64,000 nucleotides of DNA from Cyanobacteriota bacterium (GCA_033764955.1 JANRIL010000030.1:1-64000); one strand, 5' to 3'; shown: positions 53,314 to 64,000, numbered from the stretch's first letter. Notes: generated by a model not told the origin, from the sequence alone. Numbers and translations are program-made.

Positions 53314-55131
53314 TTAGCGACGGGAGGTTTGCAGTTGAGCCTTCCGTAGACGCACCGATTTGGGGGTAATTTCCACCAGCTCTTCATCGCTGATGTACTC
53401 CAGTGCCCGCTCTAGGGTCATCTCCACCGGCGTTTGCAAATGAACCAACTCCTCCCCCCCAGAGGCGCGGTGGTTAGTCAACTGCTTGGATTTGCAGATG
53501 TTTAACTCCAAATCTTGGGGGCGGTTATGTTCTCCCACCACCATCCCCTTGTAAACCCGCGTACCGGGGGTGATGAAGAAAATTCCCCGATCTTCAGCGT
53601 TTTTGAGGGCATAGTAGGTGGCGACCCCTTCTTCAAAAGCAATCAAGACACCATTCCGGCGGGAATCAATCTCAGCCGTAAGGGGACGATAGTCTAAAAA
53701 GCTGTGGTTCATGATCCCCTCACCACGGGTAATGCGAATAAACTCGCCCCGAAAGCCAATTAAGCCTCTGGCAGGGATCGTAAACTCCAGTTGAGAACGA
53801 CCATCACTGCTGATCTGCATATTCTGCATTTCTCCACGCCGTTGCCCTAGCCGCTCAATGCAAGCTCCCTGGTAGGCTTCTGGCACATCCAAAACCAAAC
53901 ACTCATAGGGTTCGTAGGGGTGACCGTTGACTTCACGGAAAATCACACGGGGTTGTCCCACCTGAAACTCATAGCCCTCTCGCCGCATGGTTTCTAGCAG
54001 GATGCCAAGGTGGAGTTCTCCCCGCCCAGAAAGCAGGAAGCGATCGGGGGAGTCAGTTTCTTCCACCCGTAGAGCCACGTTGGTTTCCAGTTCGCGCATC
54101 AGGCGATCCCGAATTTGCCGGGAGGTGACAAAAGTGCCCTCTTGCCCGGAGAAGGGAGAATCGTTAACGCACAGCACCATCTGAAGGGTCGGCTCATCCA
54201 CCTTGATCAGGGGGAGTGCCTGCGGATCGTCGGGGCTAGTTAAGGTGTAGCCAATGTTGGCGTCGGCAAATCCGGCTACGGCAACGATATGTCCGGCAGT
54301 GGCTTGAGTGAGTTCTACCCGCTGGAGACCTTCAAAGCCAAACAGTTTGGTGACGCGGGCACGGGCAACTTTGCCATCTCCATCTAGCATCGCCAGGGTT
54401 TCCCCAGCTCGAATGCTGCCATTGTGGATCTTGCCAATCACGATCCGCCCAATGTATTCGGAGTATTCCAGGGTGGTGACTTGCAGTTGTAGGGGCTTGC
54501 TGGCATCCCCAACGGGTGGCGGCACATGCTTGAGCATGGCATGGAAAAGGGGCATCATATCCAAGGAGCCACTATACTCCCCTGCCAGGAAAGACTTCAG
54601 ATCTTTTTCTTCCAGGCAAAAGCCCTGGAGTCCCGAAGCAAACAAATAAGGGAAGTCACATTGATCCTCGTCAGCTCCTAATTCCAGAAACAGATCTAGG
54701 ACTTTATCGACAGCTTTATAGGGTTCGGAACGGGGGCGGTCGATTTTATTGACCAAAACAATCGGGCGTAAGCCCTTTTCGAGAGCCTTGCGGAGGACAA
54801 AACGGGTTTGCGGCATCGGGCCTTCGTTGGCATCTACAATCAGTAGGCATCCCTCCACCATTCCCAACACCCGCTCGACCTCACCACCAAAGTCGGCGTG
54901 ACCAGGAGTATCGACAATGTTGATCAGGGTATCCCCAAACCGCACCGCCGTATTCTTAGCCAAAATCGTGATGCCCCGCTCCCGCTCTAGGGTGTTGGAG
55001 TCCATAACGCAGGTGGGAATATCTTCCCCTTCTCGAAAAGTGCCGGATTGTTTGAGAAGAGCGTCCACCAGAGTTGTCTTGCCATGATCAACGTGGGCGA
55101 TGATGGCAACATTGCGGATAGCAGGGTTCAT
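53314..55131 (-). CDS. typA: Translational GTPase TypA/BipA
   Basis: [32 protein letters not shown]. Confidence 0.99.
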   Translation of the reverse strand: MNPAIRNVAIIAHVDHGKTTLVDALLKQSGTFREGEDIPTCVMDSNTLERERGITILAKNTAVRFGDTLINIVDTPGHADFGGEVERVLGMVEGCLLIVDANEGPMPQTRFVLRKALEKGLRPIVLVNKIDRPRSEPYKAVDKVLDLFLELGADEDQCDFPYLFASGLQGFCLEEKDLKSFLAGEYSGSLDMMPLFHAMLKHVPPPVGDASKPLQLQVTTLEYSEYIGRIVIGKIHNGSIRAGETLAMLDGDGKVARARVTKLFGFEGLQRVELTQATAGHIVAVAGFADANIGYTLTSPDDPQALPLIKVDEPTLQMVLCVNDSPFSGQEGTFVTSRQIRDRLMRELETNVALRVEETDSPDRFLLSGRGELHLGILLETMRREGYEFQVGQPRVIFREVNGHPYEPYECLVLDVPEAYQGACIERLGQRRGEMQNMQISSDGRSQLEFTIPARGLIGFRGEFIRITRGEGIMNHSFLDYRPLTAEIDSRRNGVLIAFEEGVATYYALKNAEDRGIFFITPGTRVYKGMVVGEHNRPQDLELNICKSKQLTNHRASGGEELVHLQTPVEMTLERALEYISDEELVEITPKSVRLRKAQLQTSRR

Positions 55132-55333
55132 AGGAAGTTGCAGGGTCGGAAGAATAGGGGCAATGCTAAACGGAGAATTAGGGTGCTTAGCCAGAAAAAA
55201 TCGCTCTAAATTCAGGCAGCGACTTGCGGAATGCTAAGGACTAAACAGTCTCACTTACAAATCGTAACAGGTTTGCGGGTGGAACGCAGGCAAAACCTGG
55301 GTAAGCCATCAGGTTCCTCAATCCTCTTGCCAT

Positions 55334-56047
55334 TCAAGATCCGCGAGAGGGATCCGACAAGCCTACCCCCTGCAACCAGAGGAGGACGGACTGCTTTAAC
55401 CAAATCGCAATGAACCCATCTAAGTTCATTTCAGAGACGCCCTTCTGGGGTGACTCCTCTCCATGGAGGAGTGGCTCAGTCGAGATGGGATCCCCTGGTA
55501 ATCCAGCCGTGATTTGCATGACCGCCGCCCCCAAAATCAGTAGATGTAAAATGCCTGAGTCAATAACGAGCCGCTGCCGTTGAGACTCGGATGGAGCAAG
55601 TGCTGGATCGACTTTCAATAGGTATTCCATCAGTTGATGTTGAGCATGGCTAAAGCCCTGCCGTAGAGCCTGCCGATGTTCCAATGAATAGAGTCCGGCT
55701 TCTCCCACCACCGAGCGGGTGAGTTCGGGGTTGTTGACAAGGGCGTTAAAGCAGACTGTGACATAGTTCACTAGATCCTGATACCACTCCGGATCTAGAG
55801 TGAGGTCAGACTTTTGCGGAGTTGGTTGCCCGTCTCCAATGCCGGCAAATACCCCTAACTCTGCGAATACAGCCAAGAGTAGTCCTTGCTTAGTCCCAAA
55901 ATGGCGAAACAGAGTCACTTCGTTCACCCCAGCGGCATCGGCAATCTGTCGAGTGGTGGTTTGGGTGATCCCCTGTCGGCCAAATAACTCTTTGGCTTGA
56001 TTAATCAGTCTTTGGCGGGTCGAAAGCCTCGATTTAGGCATATTCAC
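55334..56047 (-). CDS. TetR family transcriptional regulator
   Basis: TTRQIADAAGVNEVTLFRHFGTK helix-turn-helix. Confidence 0.92.
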   Translation of the reverse strand: MNMPKSRLSTRQRLINQAKELFGRQGITQTTTRQIADAAGVNEVTLFRHFGTKQGLLLAVFAELGVFAGIGDGQPTPQKSDLTLDPEWYQDLVNYVTVCFNALVNNPELTRSVVGEAGLYSLEHRQALRQGFSHAQHQLMEYLLKVDPALAPSESQRQRLVIDSGILHLLILGAAVMQITAGLPGDPISTEPLLHGEESPQKGVSEMNLDGFIAIWLKQSVLLWLQGVGLSDPSRGS

Positions 56048-56058
56048 CAGAAAGTCTT

Positions 56059-56079
56059 AATGTAAGTATCGCTTGCATT
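56059..56079. promoter_or_regulatory. Candidate TetR operator
   Basis: Imperfect palindrome AATGTAAG-N5-CTTGCATT between the divergent tetR and desaturase genes. Confidence 0.55.
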
Positions 56080-56155
56080 TACGGTGGATTATCGTTAGGC
56101 TGAGTGTCAAGCAGGCTGCACGTTACAACTCCCAATTTAGAGGTCTTATTGATTC

Positions 56156-57001
56156 ATGGTTGTTTCCCTTTCGTCTGAGCCATCCACTCAGTCTCCAACT
56201 CCACCGTCCTACCGATTTTCTTGGCCTAGCCTGATCTTTTTTATAGCTTTTCATTTATTGGCGTTAGCAGCCTTCGTGACCTTCTCATGGTCGGCCTTAG
56301 GAGTTGCTTTTTTCCTCTATTGGATGTTTGGTAGTCTGGGAATCTGCCTGGGTTATCATCGCCTTCTTAGCCATCGTAGTTTTCAGGTGCCTAGGTGGTT
56401 AGAATACACCTTTGCCACTTTGGGGGCACTGTCTTTGCAGGGGGGACCTATTTTTTGGGTGAGTGGCCATCGCCAGCATCATGCCTTCACCGAAGATGTG
56501 GATAAGGATCCCTACTCTGCTCGCAAAGGTTTTTGGTGGAGCCATTTTCTTTGGTTGATCTATCAGCAACCAGACTTTTTTGATTCTCGCTGTTACCACC
56601 GCATGGCTCCTGATCTGGCTCGGGATCCCTACTACCAATGGTTAGATAAAAACTTTTTGTTGTTGCAGGCTCTCCTAGGTGGTCTTCTTTATCTGATCGG
56701 TGGGTGGTCTTTCTTAATCTATGGAATTTTTGTGCGGGCTGTCTTCCTCTGGCACTGCACTTGGCTGATCAACTCTGCTAGCCATTTTTGGGGCTATCGT
56801 CGCTTTGAAGATAGTGATGACAATGCTCGTAATCTCTGGTGGGCGGCTATCTTGGCCTTTGGAGAAGGCTGGCACAATAATCACCACGCTGAGCCGAAGC
56901 GGGTCAGGGCAGGGTTAACCTGGTGGGAGATTGATGTCACCTATTGGGCTATCTGGGTGCTCAGTAAACTGGGGCTGGCGCAAAAACTACACCAGGGCTA
57001 G
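56156..57001 (+). CDS. desC: Delta-9 type acyl-lipid desaturase
   Basis: His boxes HRLLSH, HRQHH, HNNHH; GEGW. Confidence 0.9.
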   Translation: MVVSLSSEPSTQSPTPPSYRFSWPSLIFFIAFHLLALAAFVTFSWSALGVAFFLYWMFGSLGICLGYHRLLSHRSFQVPRWLEYTFATLGALSLQGGPIFWVSGHRQHHAFTEDVDKDPYSARKGFWWSHFLWLIYQQPDFFDSRCYHRMAPDLARDPYYQWLDKNFLLLQALLGGLLYLIGGWSFLIYGIFVRAVFLWHCTWLINSASHFWGYRRFEDSDDNARNLWWAAILAFGEGWHNNHHAEPKRVRAGLTWWEIDVTYWAIWVLSKLGLAQKLHQG

Positions 57002-57051
57002 TAGAGATTCTTTCCCGTGCTGGGTTTTGATCCCCACTTTTGGTCTTGAGA

Positions 57052-57825
57052 TCAGCGAACCGTCTGGTACCACTGGGCTAGCTGGCTAGCCGGGATCCCT
57101 AGGCGGTAGCTCGCTCGTAATATCTGCATGAGGGCCACGGTTTTCCAAGGCCCTTTTTGTTGCCAACGGCGACTGGAGGTGATGATCATTTCCGGCAGAA
57201 AGACTTTCTTGCCCAGTTTTCCCATGCGTCCCGCTAATTCCAGATCCTCCATCAACGGTTGGATAGGATACCCTCCCAGTTGCTGGAATGCGGTTCGCCG
57301 GATAAAAATCCCCATATCTCCTGTAAACATACCGGTTAATCTACTGCGACTGTTAATACCCCAACTAATGAGAGGGTAAGGCCAGTCGGAGCTGTCCAAT
57401 CGGACGTGAAATCTACCCCCAACTACCTCTGGCGAGAGCATAACAGCTTGGATCGCTGAGAGAGCCTGGGGTGGCAAGTGAGAGTCGGCATGGAGAAAGA
57501 GCAATATCTCCGCATCCGTCTGTTGGGATCCCCAATTCATTTGAGCGGCTCGCCCGCGCTGGGGGGCTAACCCGACCCAGAGGGGATAGTTGAGGCGGTT
57601 TCGCCAGTCCTGAGCGATGGACAAGGTGGCATCACTGGATCCCCCATCCACTACGAGGACGTGAAAGGGGGGGGCTTGTGGTTGCAGATGCTCTAGGCAA
57701 GTGGCTAGGGTCGTCTCCTCCTGATAGGTGGGAATGATAATAGCGATAGAGCCAACGGTAGCCACGGGATCCCTTCCTTTGCCCAGATGACATCCATAAC
57801 ATCCTGTTTTGGGGATGCGCGTCAA
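57052..57825 (-). CDS. GT2 glycosyltransferase (TIGR04283-like)
   Basis: IIPTYQE, VDGGS, GRA.QMN, FLHAD, GD.G.F, MED, TSSRRW; real start probably ~57765. Confidence 0.88.
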   Translation of the reverse strand: MTRIPKTGCYGCHLGKGRDPVATVGSIAIIIPTYQEETTLATCLEHLQPQAPPFHVLVVDGGSSDATLSIAQDWRNRLNYPLWVGLAPQRGRAAQMNWGSQQTDAEILLFLHADSHLPPQALSAIQAVMLSPEVVGGRFHVRLDSSDWPYPLISWGINSRSRLTGMFTGDMGIFIRRTAFQQLGGYPIQPLMEDLELAGRMGKLGKKVFLPEMIITSSRRWQQKGPWKTVALMQILRASYRLGIPASQLAQWYQTVR

Positions 57826-57831
57826 CTTGCT

Positions 57832-58956
57832 TCAGGATGAAGCAGTTGCTAGGCGGCGTCGCCAGCTAAATGCCTCCAGCAAGGGATCCACAGGCTTGCC
57901 CAAAACCAGCCCAGCCAGCCAATCAGCCGTGATGGGAGCCAACAAAATGCCATTGCGGTCATGGCCGGTGGCTAGCCAGAGGTTGCTGAGGGGGCTGGAT
58001 CCGAGGATCGGCAGGCGGTCGGGGGTGGTGGGGCGAAATCCCCACCAGCTCTCTAGGACAGTCAATTCACGGAGAGGAGGAAATAGACGGATAGCAGCGG
58101 CCAAAAGATCCTGCACGGCTCCGGCGGTGTTGCCCGGCAAAAAGCCCACCTCCTCCACGGTTGCCCCTACCAAGAGTCGGCCATCCCGGCGGGGCACCAA
58201 ATATATGTCTTCTCCAAACAAAATGTGTTGGAGGAGTTGGCGGGGATCCTGAAGGGCGATCATTTGCCCCTTGCGAGGAAAAACCGTCATCAAAACGGGC
58301 AGCGCCATCTGCCCCGACCATGCCCCCAGACAGCAAATATAACTTTGTGCCCGTAGCATACCGAGGGCGGTCTCTATTCCCAAAAGCTGCTGGCTATTGT
58401 GGGGACATTCTTGAATAGAGACATTTTCCAGCAGGGATCCCCCCGCTTGCAGAAAAGCGCTTTTTAGAGCCGGCAGGAGCAGGCGGTTGTCCACCTGTCC
58501 CTCTTGAGGTAACCAGATGGCACTGGTGATCTGGGATCCCAGGTGGGGTTGCAGGTGATCGAGTTGAGGGCGGGTCAAGCCGTTCTCAGCCGGATAAGAA
58601 AGGGGTTTAAGGATGCCACAATTCCAGTAGCCAGCCGGTAACTGCCCCCTCTCCTCAACCCGTTCGATCCAGTCAGGATAAAGCTGCAAACTGCGCTGAC
58701 AAAGCTCCGCTAGCCTGGGATCCGAGATATTTTCAGCCTGAGGAGCTAGCATCCCTGCCGCTGCCCAACTGGCTCCCGCTCCAACCTGCTGCTGTTCGAT
58801 CACCAATACCCGCAACCGATCATCCTGAATGCGTAATTCTAAGCCAATCGCCAAGCCGATCACCCCTCCCCCCATGATCAAAATATCCCAATCTCGACTG
58901 AGGAGGGGGGAAGGAGAATCGCAGGATTGAGAAGCAGCCGGATTCACATCAACCAA
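57832..58956 (-). CDS. thiO: Glycine oxidase
   Basis: GGGVIG, ASWAAAGMLAP, GFRP, GHDRNGILLAP. Confidence 0.93.
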   Translation of the reverse strand: MVDVNPAASQSCDSPSPLLSRDWDILIMGGGVIGLAIGLELRIQDDRLRVLVIEQQQVGAGASWAAAGMLAPQAENISDPRLAELCQRSLQLYPDWIERVEERGQLPAGYWNCGILKPLSYPAENGLTRPQLDHLQPHLGSQITSAIWLPQEGQVDNRLLLPALKSAFLQAGGSLLENVSIQECPHNSQQLLGIETALGMLRAQSYICCLGAWSGQMALPVLMTVFPRKGQMIALQDPRQLLQHILFGEDIYLVPRRDGRLLVGATVEEVGFLPGNTAGAVQDLLAAAIRLFPPLRELTVLESWWGFRPTTPDRLPILGSSPLSNLWLATGHDRNGILLAPITADWLAGLVLGKPVDPLLEAFSWRRRLATASS

Positions 58957-59030
58957 AATGATTCAGATTAAACTGTTTAGGTCAGCATATTCAGGAAATT
59001 AGCAGAGAAATAGTTCAGGTTCATCCCCGA

Positions 59031-59312
59031 TCACTCGGGTTGATCCCCAGGGGATCCCTCCCGTCGCTGCCACTTTCCATAGTGATCCAGAACTTGTATC
59101 ACCGGATCGAGATCTGCCCCTATCGGGTGATGAATCTGGAGGGATCCCACCTGACTGTCAGCATAGTCAAAGGTTGTCGCTGAGTTCATCACTAGATCGG
59201 TATTAATCTCAGGAACACAGGTTAAGTGAGCCGCTATCTCTCGATAAACCGCTAGCGGTAAGCGGTGATAACAGACCCCAAAACTAATTCTGTCTGCGGA
59301 AGAGGGGGGCAT
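59031..59312 (-). CDS. Conserved cyanobacterial hypothetical protein
   Basis: LPLAVYREIAAHL...FDY..SQV...L.HY; directly downstream of the pedR-like gene. Confidence 0.7.
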   Translation of the reverse strand: MPPSSADRISFGVCYHRLPLAVYREIAAHLTCVPEINTDLVMNSATTFDYADSQVGSLQIHHPIGADLDPVIQVLDHYGKWQRREGSPGDQPE

Positions 59313-59350
59313 AAGAAAGTGGCGAGAAGGCTTTTGAAGGCTCAAAAGGT

Positions 59351-59617
59351 CTAGGCAGGTCGCTGCTGGGGTACTACTGCACAACAATTCACTTCATCCA
59401 GGCAGACTTTGCCCCACTGCAACGCCCACCGTACCAGAGCCACCCGATTAGAGGTGCGAGTCTTGCCCAAAATATTACTGATATGGTTATCAACAGTACG
59501 CTTACTGATATCTAAATGCTCGGCAATATCTTGATTGGTCATGCCCGAAGCAATTAACTCAATCACTTGTAGCTCTCTTTCCGAAAGTACTTCTGTGGAA
59601 TGATACATGCTCTCCAT
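59351..59617 (-). CDS. pedR: Small LuxR-type redox regulator, PedR-like
   Basis: LuxR HTH plus C-terminal RWALQWGKVCLDEVNCC. Confidence 0.85.
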   Translation of the reverse strand: MESMYHSTEVLSERELQVIELIASGMTNQDIAEHLDISKRTVDNHISNILGKTRTSNRVALVRWALQWGKVCLDEVNCCAVVPQQRPA

Positions 59618-59743
59618 TCCGAGTCCTTTGATATCGCAAATTTACCTATTAAGAAGATTGTAGGGGATCAGGGAGGGAATGAGTAGAGCTTTTGGGCAAA
59701 AATCCGACAGATTGAGCGATCCCCGGCCTCAAGCCCGCCAGAG

Positions 59744-60301
59744 TCAACCGTCTTCCTCTGCTAAATCTAGAAGCTGATCGTAAAGCTGCTCGAATAAAGA
59801 ATCGGGATGATCGGCTGTCAATAAATAGGGGGGGGCATCCTCCGGTTGTGCCGCATAGAGCAACAAGGGATCCAAGGGAGTAAAGATGCCGTATTGCCTG
59901 TCGTTGTGAAAGAAAGTGGTGAGGAGTTGATACTCTTCGATCTCATCGCCGTCTTTAGCGATTTCCAAAATATCTTCCTCTTGGGGATCCGGTAGCTCCC
60001 CTTGCACCGTCATTAAACCAAAGGCGCTCTGTTGCAGTTGCAGATTCAATTCGGCCAGCACCGCTTGCATGGTGGGTTGGGCATCCACCAACTCTGCCGG
60101 ATCCGGTTCATCCAAAACACCCTCGAAGTCTTCGTCCTCCTCATCCTCCGGGGAGGGACTTTCTGTCCAGACCAAAATCTCCACATAGTGATCGACAGGA
60201 GTGATGAGGGCATAGGTCATGTCCTCTAATTCCACCTGCTTAAGGATTTCACATTTCAAGGTTTGGTTATGCTCATCGCGGAGCACCAATGTATCTTTCA
60301 T
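59744..60301 (-). CDS. DUF3727-like acidic protein
   Basis: Y.L..PVD, AVLAELNL.L..SA..TV.GE, Y...TPLDP. Confidence 0.75.
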   Translation of the reverse strand: MKDTLVLRDEHNQTLKCEILKQVELEDMTYALITPVDHYVEILVWTESPSPEDEEDEDFEGVLDEPDPAELVDAQPTMQAVLAELNLQLQQSAFGLMTVQGELPDPQEEDILEIAKDGDEIEEYQLLTTFFHNDRQYGIFTPLDPLLLYAAQPEDAPPYLLTADHPDSLFEQLYDQLLDLAEEDG

Positions 60302-60412
60302 GAAGACCGCTAGACCTGTTCCTTCAAAGTTTACCGTTTCGTGACGCTTCCCAATCAGCCAGTTTGTCTGAGGGATCCCAAAAAGATCGTCGCGGGACGA
60401 AACCCCAGCCCA

Positions 60413-60670
60413 TCAGGGATCCGTTTCCACTTGGGCTGCCGCCTCAGCTTGGGCTGCCGCCTCTAGAGCCAAGAGAATCTCCTCCTCCCGCTGGGCATAG
60501 GTGGCTTCGTCGATATCCCCCAGATCCAACTGAATTTGCAGAGCTGTCAGCTCTTTTTGCAGGTTTTCTTTGTTGTCCAGTTGAGCATCTACCCGTTCTT
60601 GAATTTGTTGGGCTAGCCAAACTAAGCTTTGGGCAGGCCAGGTCAGGAGTTGCCAAACCATCAGCGACAC
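60413..60670 (-). CDS. gvpG: Gas vesicle protein GvpG
   Basis: P...L.W...QIQE, LQ..LDLGDIDE..Y...EEE.L. Confidence 0.85.
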   Translation of the reverse strand: MSLMVWQLLTWPAQSLVWLAQQIQERVDAQLDNKENLQKELTALQIQLDLGDIDEATYAQREEEILLALEAAAQAEAAAQVETDP

Positions 60671-60716
60671 CAGAAATCGGTCTATCCTGATCTTATGTGG
60701 ACGGTGGACATATACT

Positions 60717-61721
60717 ATGGCGCAACCGCAAGCAGCTCTTGAGCGAGAGAACCTCCCGCTCTTCCCCCTAGAGGCTAAACCCAGTGGGGGGGTGCTTATC
60801 GATCACTCCGCTTGGGGGTGTTTGCAGATCAGCGGCGAATCAGTAGCCCAAGAGTTTTTGCACAACCAAAGCACCCAAAACATCAAAGCCATTGGGATCG
60901 GTGAAGGCTGCTACACGGCTTTTGTTAATGCCACTGCTCAAATCTTGGATCTGACCAGCCTCTACGCCACTGCCGGTGGCTATTGGCTAGTGACCTCGCC
61001 GCCGCGCACCGCCATCCTTTATCAACACCTCGCCCGCTTTGCCCTTTTTACGAAAGGGGTCAGCATCACTCAGCCCGCCATGAGTATGCTGCGCCTGATT
61101 GGGGAAGGGACGGATGCCCTGCTACAACGGTGGGGGATCCCTTTAATGGTTACGGATCCCGAACACAATCACGGCAACTATGTTTTGGCGGATCGACCTG
61201 TTTTGGTGGCGGTGGGGAATGGGCTGGGACTACCAGGATACACGCTACTGATGGCGGCTGAACATCGGCAATCGGTATGGCAAGCTCTGCTGGCGGCTGG
61301 GGCAACGGTTGCGGGGGGGGAGTGGTGGGAGCATTGGCGGATCCGCCAGGGACGCCCCGCCGCCGACCAGGAACTCACCCTTGACTACAACCCTCTGGAG
61401 GCAGGACTGTGGCGAGCTATTGCCCTGGATAAAGGCTGCTACATCGGTCAGGAGGTATTGGCAAAACAGGTCACCTACCATCGAATTCGCCAAAAGTTAT
61501 GGGGGATCCATCTGAGCTGTGAGGTGCCGGTCGGATCCCAGGTGATGACTCAGCAGGGGGAAAAATTGGGGTTACTCACCAGCCTGACGGCGCTGCCAAA
61601 GGAATGGGTAGGGTTAGCCTATCTGCGTAGCAAAGGGGATCCCTATGCGGGGATGCCAGTTGAGGTGGAGGGAGCACCCGCGTATGTGATGGAAATGCCC
61701 TTTTTGAGCTATCCCGCCTGA
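60717..61721 (+). CDS. ygfZ: Folate-binding Fe-S maturation protein YgfZ
   Basis: KGCYIGQE signature. Confidence 0.92.
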   Translation: MAQPQAALERENLPLFPLEAKPSGGVLIDHSAWGCLQISGESVAQEFLHNQSTQNIKAIGIGEGCYTAFVNATAQILDLTSLYATAGGYWLVTSPPRTAILYQHLARFALFTKGVSITQPAMSMLRLIGEGTDALLQRWGIPLMVTDPEHNHGNYVLADRPVLVAVGNGLGLPGYTLLMAAEHRQSVWQALLAAGATVAGGEWWEHWRIRQGRPAADQELTLDYNPLEAGLWRAIALDKGCYIGQEVLAKQVTYHRIRQKLWGIHLSCEVPVGSQVMTQQGEKLGLLTSLTALPKEWVGLAYLRSKGDPYAGMPVEVEGAPAYVMEMPFLSYPA

Positions 61722-61735
61722 TTAGCGGCTTTCCT

Positions 61736-62452
61736 TTAACCGGCACGGGTGGAGGTCAACCGCGCCAAATAGCTCCCCTCTTCATCCTGATAGACCACCT
61801 GGCAAAACCAGTCGGTTTGAGCGGCTACCTGACTTAACCGTTCAGGAGCGATAAACAGCCAAGGCAAAGGATCCCCCGCTTTCCCTTGGTACTCCACCTC
61901 AAACACCACCTCGTGGAAATCCGCGCTATTTGGATCCGGTAGGCTCTCCTCGTCCCCATCAGGGGGATCCCGTAAATCAGTGGAGTCTAGGAGAATTTGC
62001 CCGTTGGGGAGCAGCCAGTCATGGGCAAGCTGAAGAAACTGCTGGAGTCCCGATAGCGTTTTTACCAAGCCAATCCCATTCATCAGCAACAGCAGGGTTT
62101 CAAAAGGCAAAGGCGGCTGAAAGTGGAAGATATCCGCCAAAACCACCTGTTGTACCCCTCGCTCCTGTAGGATCTGAACCGCAACCGCCGAGTGATCCAG
62201 CGCCCAAACCGCATAGCCCTGCTGTTGCAACACTAAGCTGTGGCAACCGGATCCCGCCCCAATATCCAAAACCCTACCGCGACAAAGACTGATAGCCGTC
62301 CATTCCTGGAGGGGAAATTCATCGGGATCCCGGAAGAAATAGGCGATAGGCAAAGCCTGTTCTCCGGCAAAAGGAGAGCGCAGGTAGACGGTGGCAGAGG
62401 GATCCCCTTGCCAGTAGTCGGAGAGGGCTTGATCAAGGGGATCGGCGGACAT
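61736..62452 (-). CDS. Class I SAM-dependent methyltransferase
   Basis: VLDIGAGSG, LLLMNGIG. Confidence 0.88.
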   Translation of the reverse strand: MSADPLDQALSDYWQGDPSATVYLRSPFAGEQALPIAYFFRDPDEFPLQEWTAISLCRGRVLDIGAGSGCHSLVLQQQGYAVWALDHSAVAVQILQERGVQQVVLADIFHFQPPLPFETLLLLMNGIGLVKTLSGLQQFLQLAHDWLLPNGQILLDSTDLRDPPDGDEESLPDPNSADFHEVVFEVEYQGKAGDPLPWLFIAPERLSQVAAQTDWFCQVVYQDEEGSYLARLTSTRAG

Positions 62453-62585
62453 AATGGCGGATCATGGATAAGGCAGCACTTGATTATCCCGCAAAAATGG
62501 GACAGGCTAAAATGCTGCCAGGGTTGGCTTTCTTCAGTCCTAGGCGGTATCCTGATTCACATTCCACCTGTATCCTCAGCACAGC

Positions 62586-63224
62586 ATGTACACCATCTCT
62601 GAGTTTGATCGCTTACTTCAATTTCTGCCGATAGAAATTCGCCCTGAGGTACAGATTGAGATCGGCACCCCCGATCAATCCCGCATTGTTCAGTCCTTGT
62701 GGCGGTTCCCCTGGCAAAAATACTCCCGCTTTGCCATTGATCTGTCCCGTTGGCAACGCTTGGGTGTCGATCAACAAAAGCTCTATTTTTTGCGGGAAGC
62801 GGTCATGGCTACCGAACTGGCCTTAGGAGATAACTGGTCGGCATTGCTGCTTTATCCGGCCTTAATTGGGGCTGGTTCGATGGGAATTTTGGTGGAGTTG
62901 CAAATGGGGGATAACCTGGGCATGGGGCTAGCTGCTGGATTGGCCGCTTCGGCGGTTTTCCTGCTGCGAAAAGCCGAAAAAGGCCAAAAGCCCCAGGTGT
63001 CTGCCGATGAATTTGCCATTCGCTATGCCTCTCAAAATGGCTATAGTTCGGAGCAGGCTGCCTCGATTCTCCTGAGTGCCCTGCAACAGGTGGCTATGTT
63101 AGAGAACCGCACCAAAGACGACTATGACACCATTATGCGGCGGCGCAATTTGGAATATCTTTCCCAACGGGGGCTAGGAGCGGGAACCCTCATGATCAAC
63201 CCCAAATACAAAAAGAAATCGTGA
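62586..63224 (+). CDS. DUF3318-like membrane protein
   Basis: E..RL...LP, FPW, ADE.AI......GY. Confidence 0.7.
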   Translation: MYTISEFDRLLQFLPIEIRPEVQIEIGTPDQSRIVQSLWRFPWQKYSRFAIDLSRWQRLGVDQQKLYFLREAVMATELALGDNWSALLLYPALIGAGSMGILVELQMGDNLGMGLAAGLAASAVFLLRKAEKGQKPQVSADEFAIRYASQNGYSSEQAASILLSALQQVAMLENRTKDDYDTIMRRRNLEYLSQRGLGAGTLMINPKYKKKS

Positions 63225-63438
63225 AATTTATCCCTGACAGTGAGTCACTGCTCACCCATCTCGCCGTTAACGATCATCCCGCCAAATCATCCCGCAAAAA
63301 ACAGACCCATGTTTGACCGAGGTAGGGATCCTTAGGTCAGTCTCGGTGAGGGATTGGGCAGATTATGATGAAATCAGGCCAAGCAAAACCTCAGCCTCTA
63401 GAATAACGTCCAATCATTGTTTAGGAGAGGCGTTGACG

Positions 63439-63813
63439 ATGACACTCAAACGGTTAGGTCACATTGCTGTCCGTGTTAACGACATCGAAAAAGCGATTGA
63501 ATTTTATACCCGCTTAGGACTAACCAATGTCTGGCAGGATCCCGATTGGGCCTATATGAAAGCAGGATCGGACGGTCTGGCTCTCTTAGGCCCTGGCTAT
63601 CGTTCCGCCGGTGCCCATTTTGGCTTTTTATTTGAGGATCGAGCGGATCTCAAAGCCGAACATGAACGCCTTCAACAAGCAGGAATTGCCGTAGGTTCCA
63701 TTCATGATCACCGGGACGGCACGGCCTCTTTTTATGGCAAGGATCCCGATGGCAACTTATTTGAGTTTCTTTATGAACCTCCACAAGGAGTTGTGCAGAC
63801 AAAATTAATCTAG
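63439..63813 (+). CDS. VOC/glyoxalase family protein
   Basis: LGHIAVRV, HFGF, HRDGTASFYGKDPDGN..E; GGAGAGG RBS upstream. Confidence 0.9.
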   Translation: MTLKRLGHIAVRVNDIEKAIEFYTRLGLTNVWQDPDWAYMKAGSDGLALLGPGYRSAGAHFGFLFEDRADLKAEHERLQQAGIAVGSIHDHRDGTASFYGKDPDGNLFEFLYEPPQGVVQTKLI

Positions 63814-64000
63814 AAACAACGGCCTCTCGATAGTCCGATGACTCCATCAATAGCTATGAAATAGCAGGATATTCCACAGGTTTAGCTGATTGGGGATAGA
63901 TAAGATGGAATGAGGGCTGTAGCCTTCGCTTCAATAAATCATGCCCAATCATCCTGCTGAATTTGTCAGCATTACCTCTAGGCTATTACAGCCTATTCAG

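Noticed and set aside
58957..59030. Possible TPP riboswitch upstream of thiO
   Set aside because: The spacer is short and lacks the CTGAGA and ACCTGA core motifs.

Overview
A 64 kb window of a cyanobacterial chromosome. It is saturated with the palindrome GGGATCCC instead of canonical HIP1 (GCGATCGC), which points to the Thermostichus / hot-spring Synechococcus lineage or a relative (inference). Most of it is housekeeping: trmL, infA, tRNA-His, lepA, rsfS, maf, scpB, mraY, ispH, purC, thioredoxin, ligA, Omp85/BamA, msrA and two msrB, iscA, tocopherol cyclase, holA, ispD, nadK, typA, desaturase, thiO, pedR-like regulator and ygfZ. Five things stand out. (1) A compact putative beta-glucan synthesis/export locus at 3181-8593: porin-like barrel, exported tandem DUF3131-like protein and a PilZ-less cellulose-synthase-like GT2, next to a DICT protein with a degenerate HD-GYP domain. 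(2) An accessory patch at about 46670-49450 with IS630 and IS256 remnants and integron-type attC sites flanking a foreign gene cassette, with no integrase in the window. (3) Two families of TA-bounded miniature inverted-repeat elements, one sharing its end with the IS630 remnant. (4) A probable Yfr2-family sRNA downstream of ligA. (5) An FHA / Anbu-type protease / Ser-Thr kinase run. All calls come from motif recognition by eye; no searches were run.
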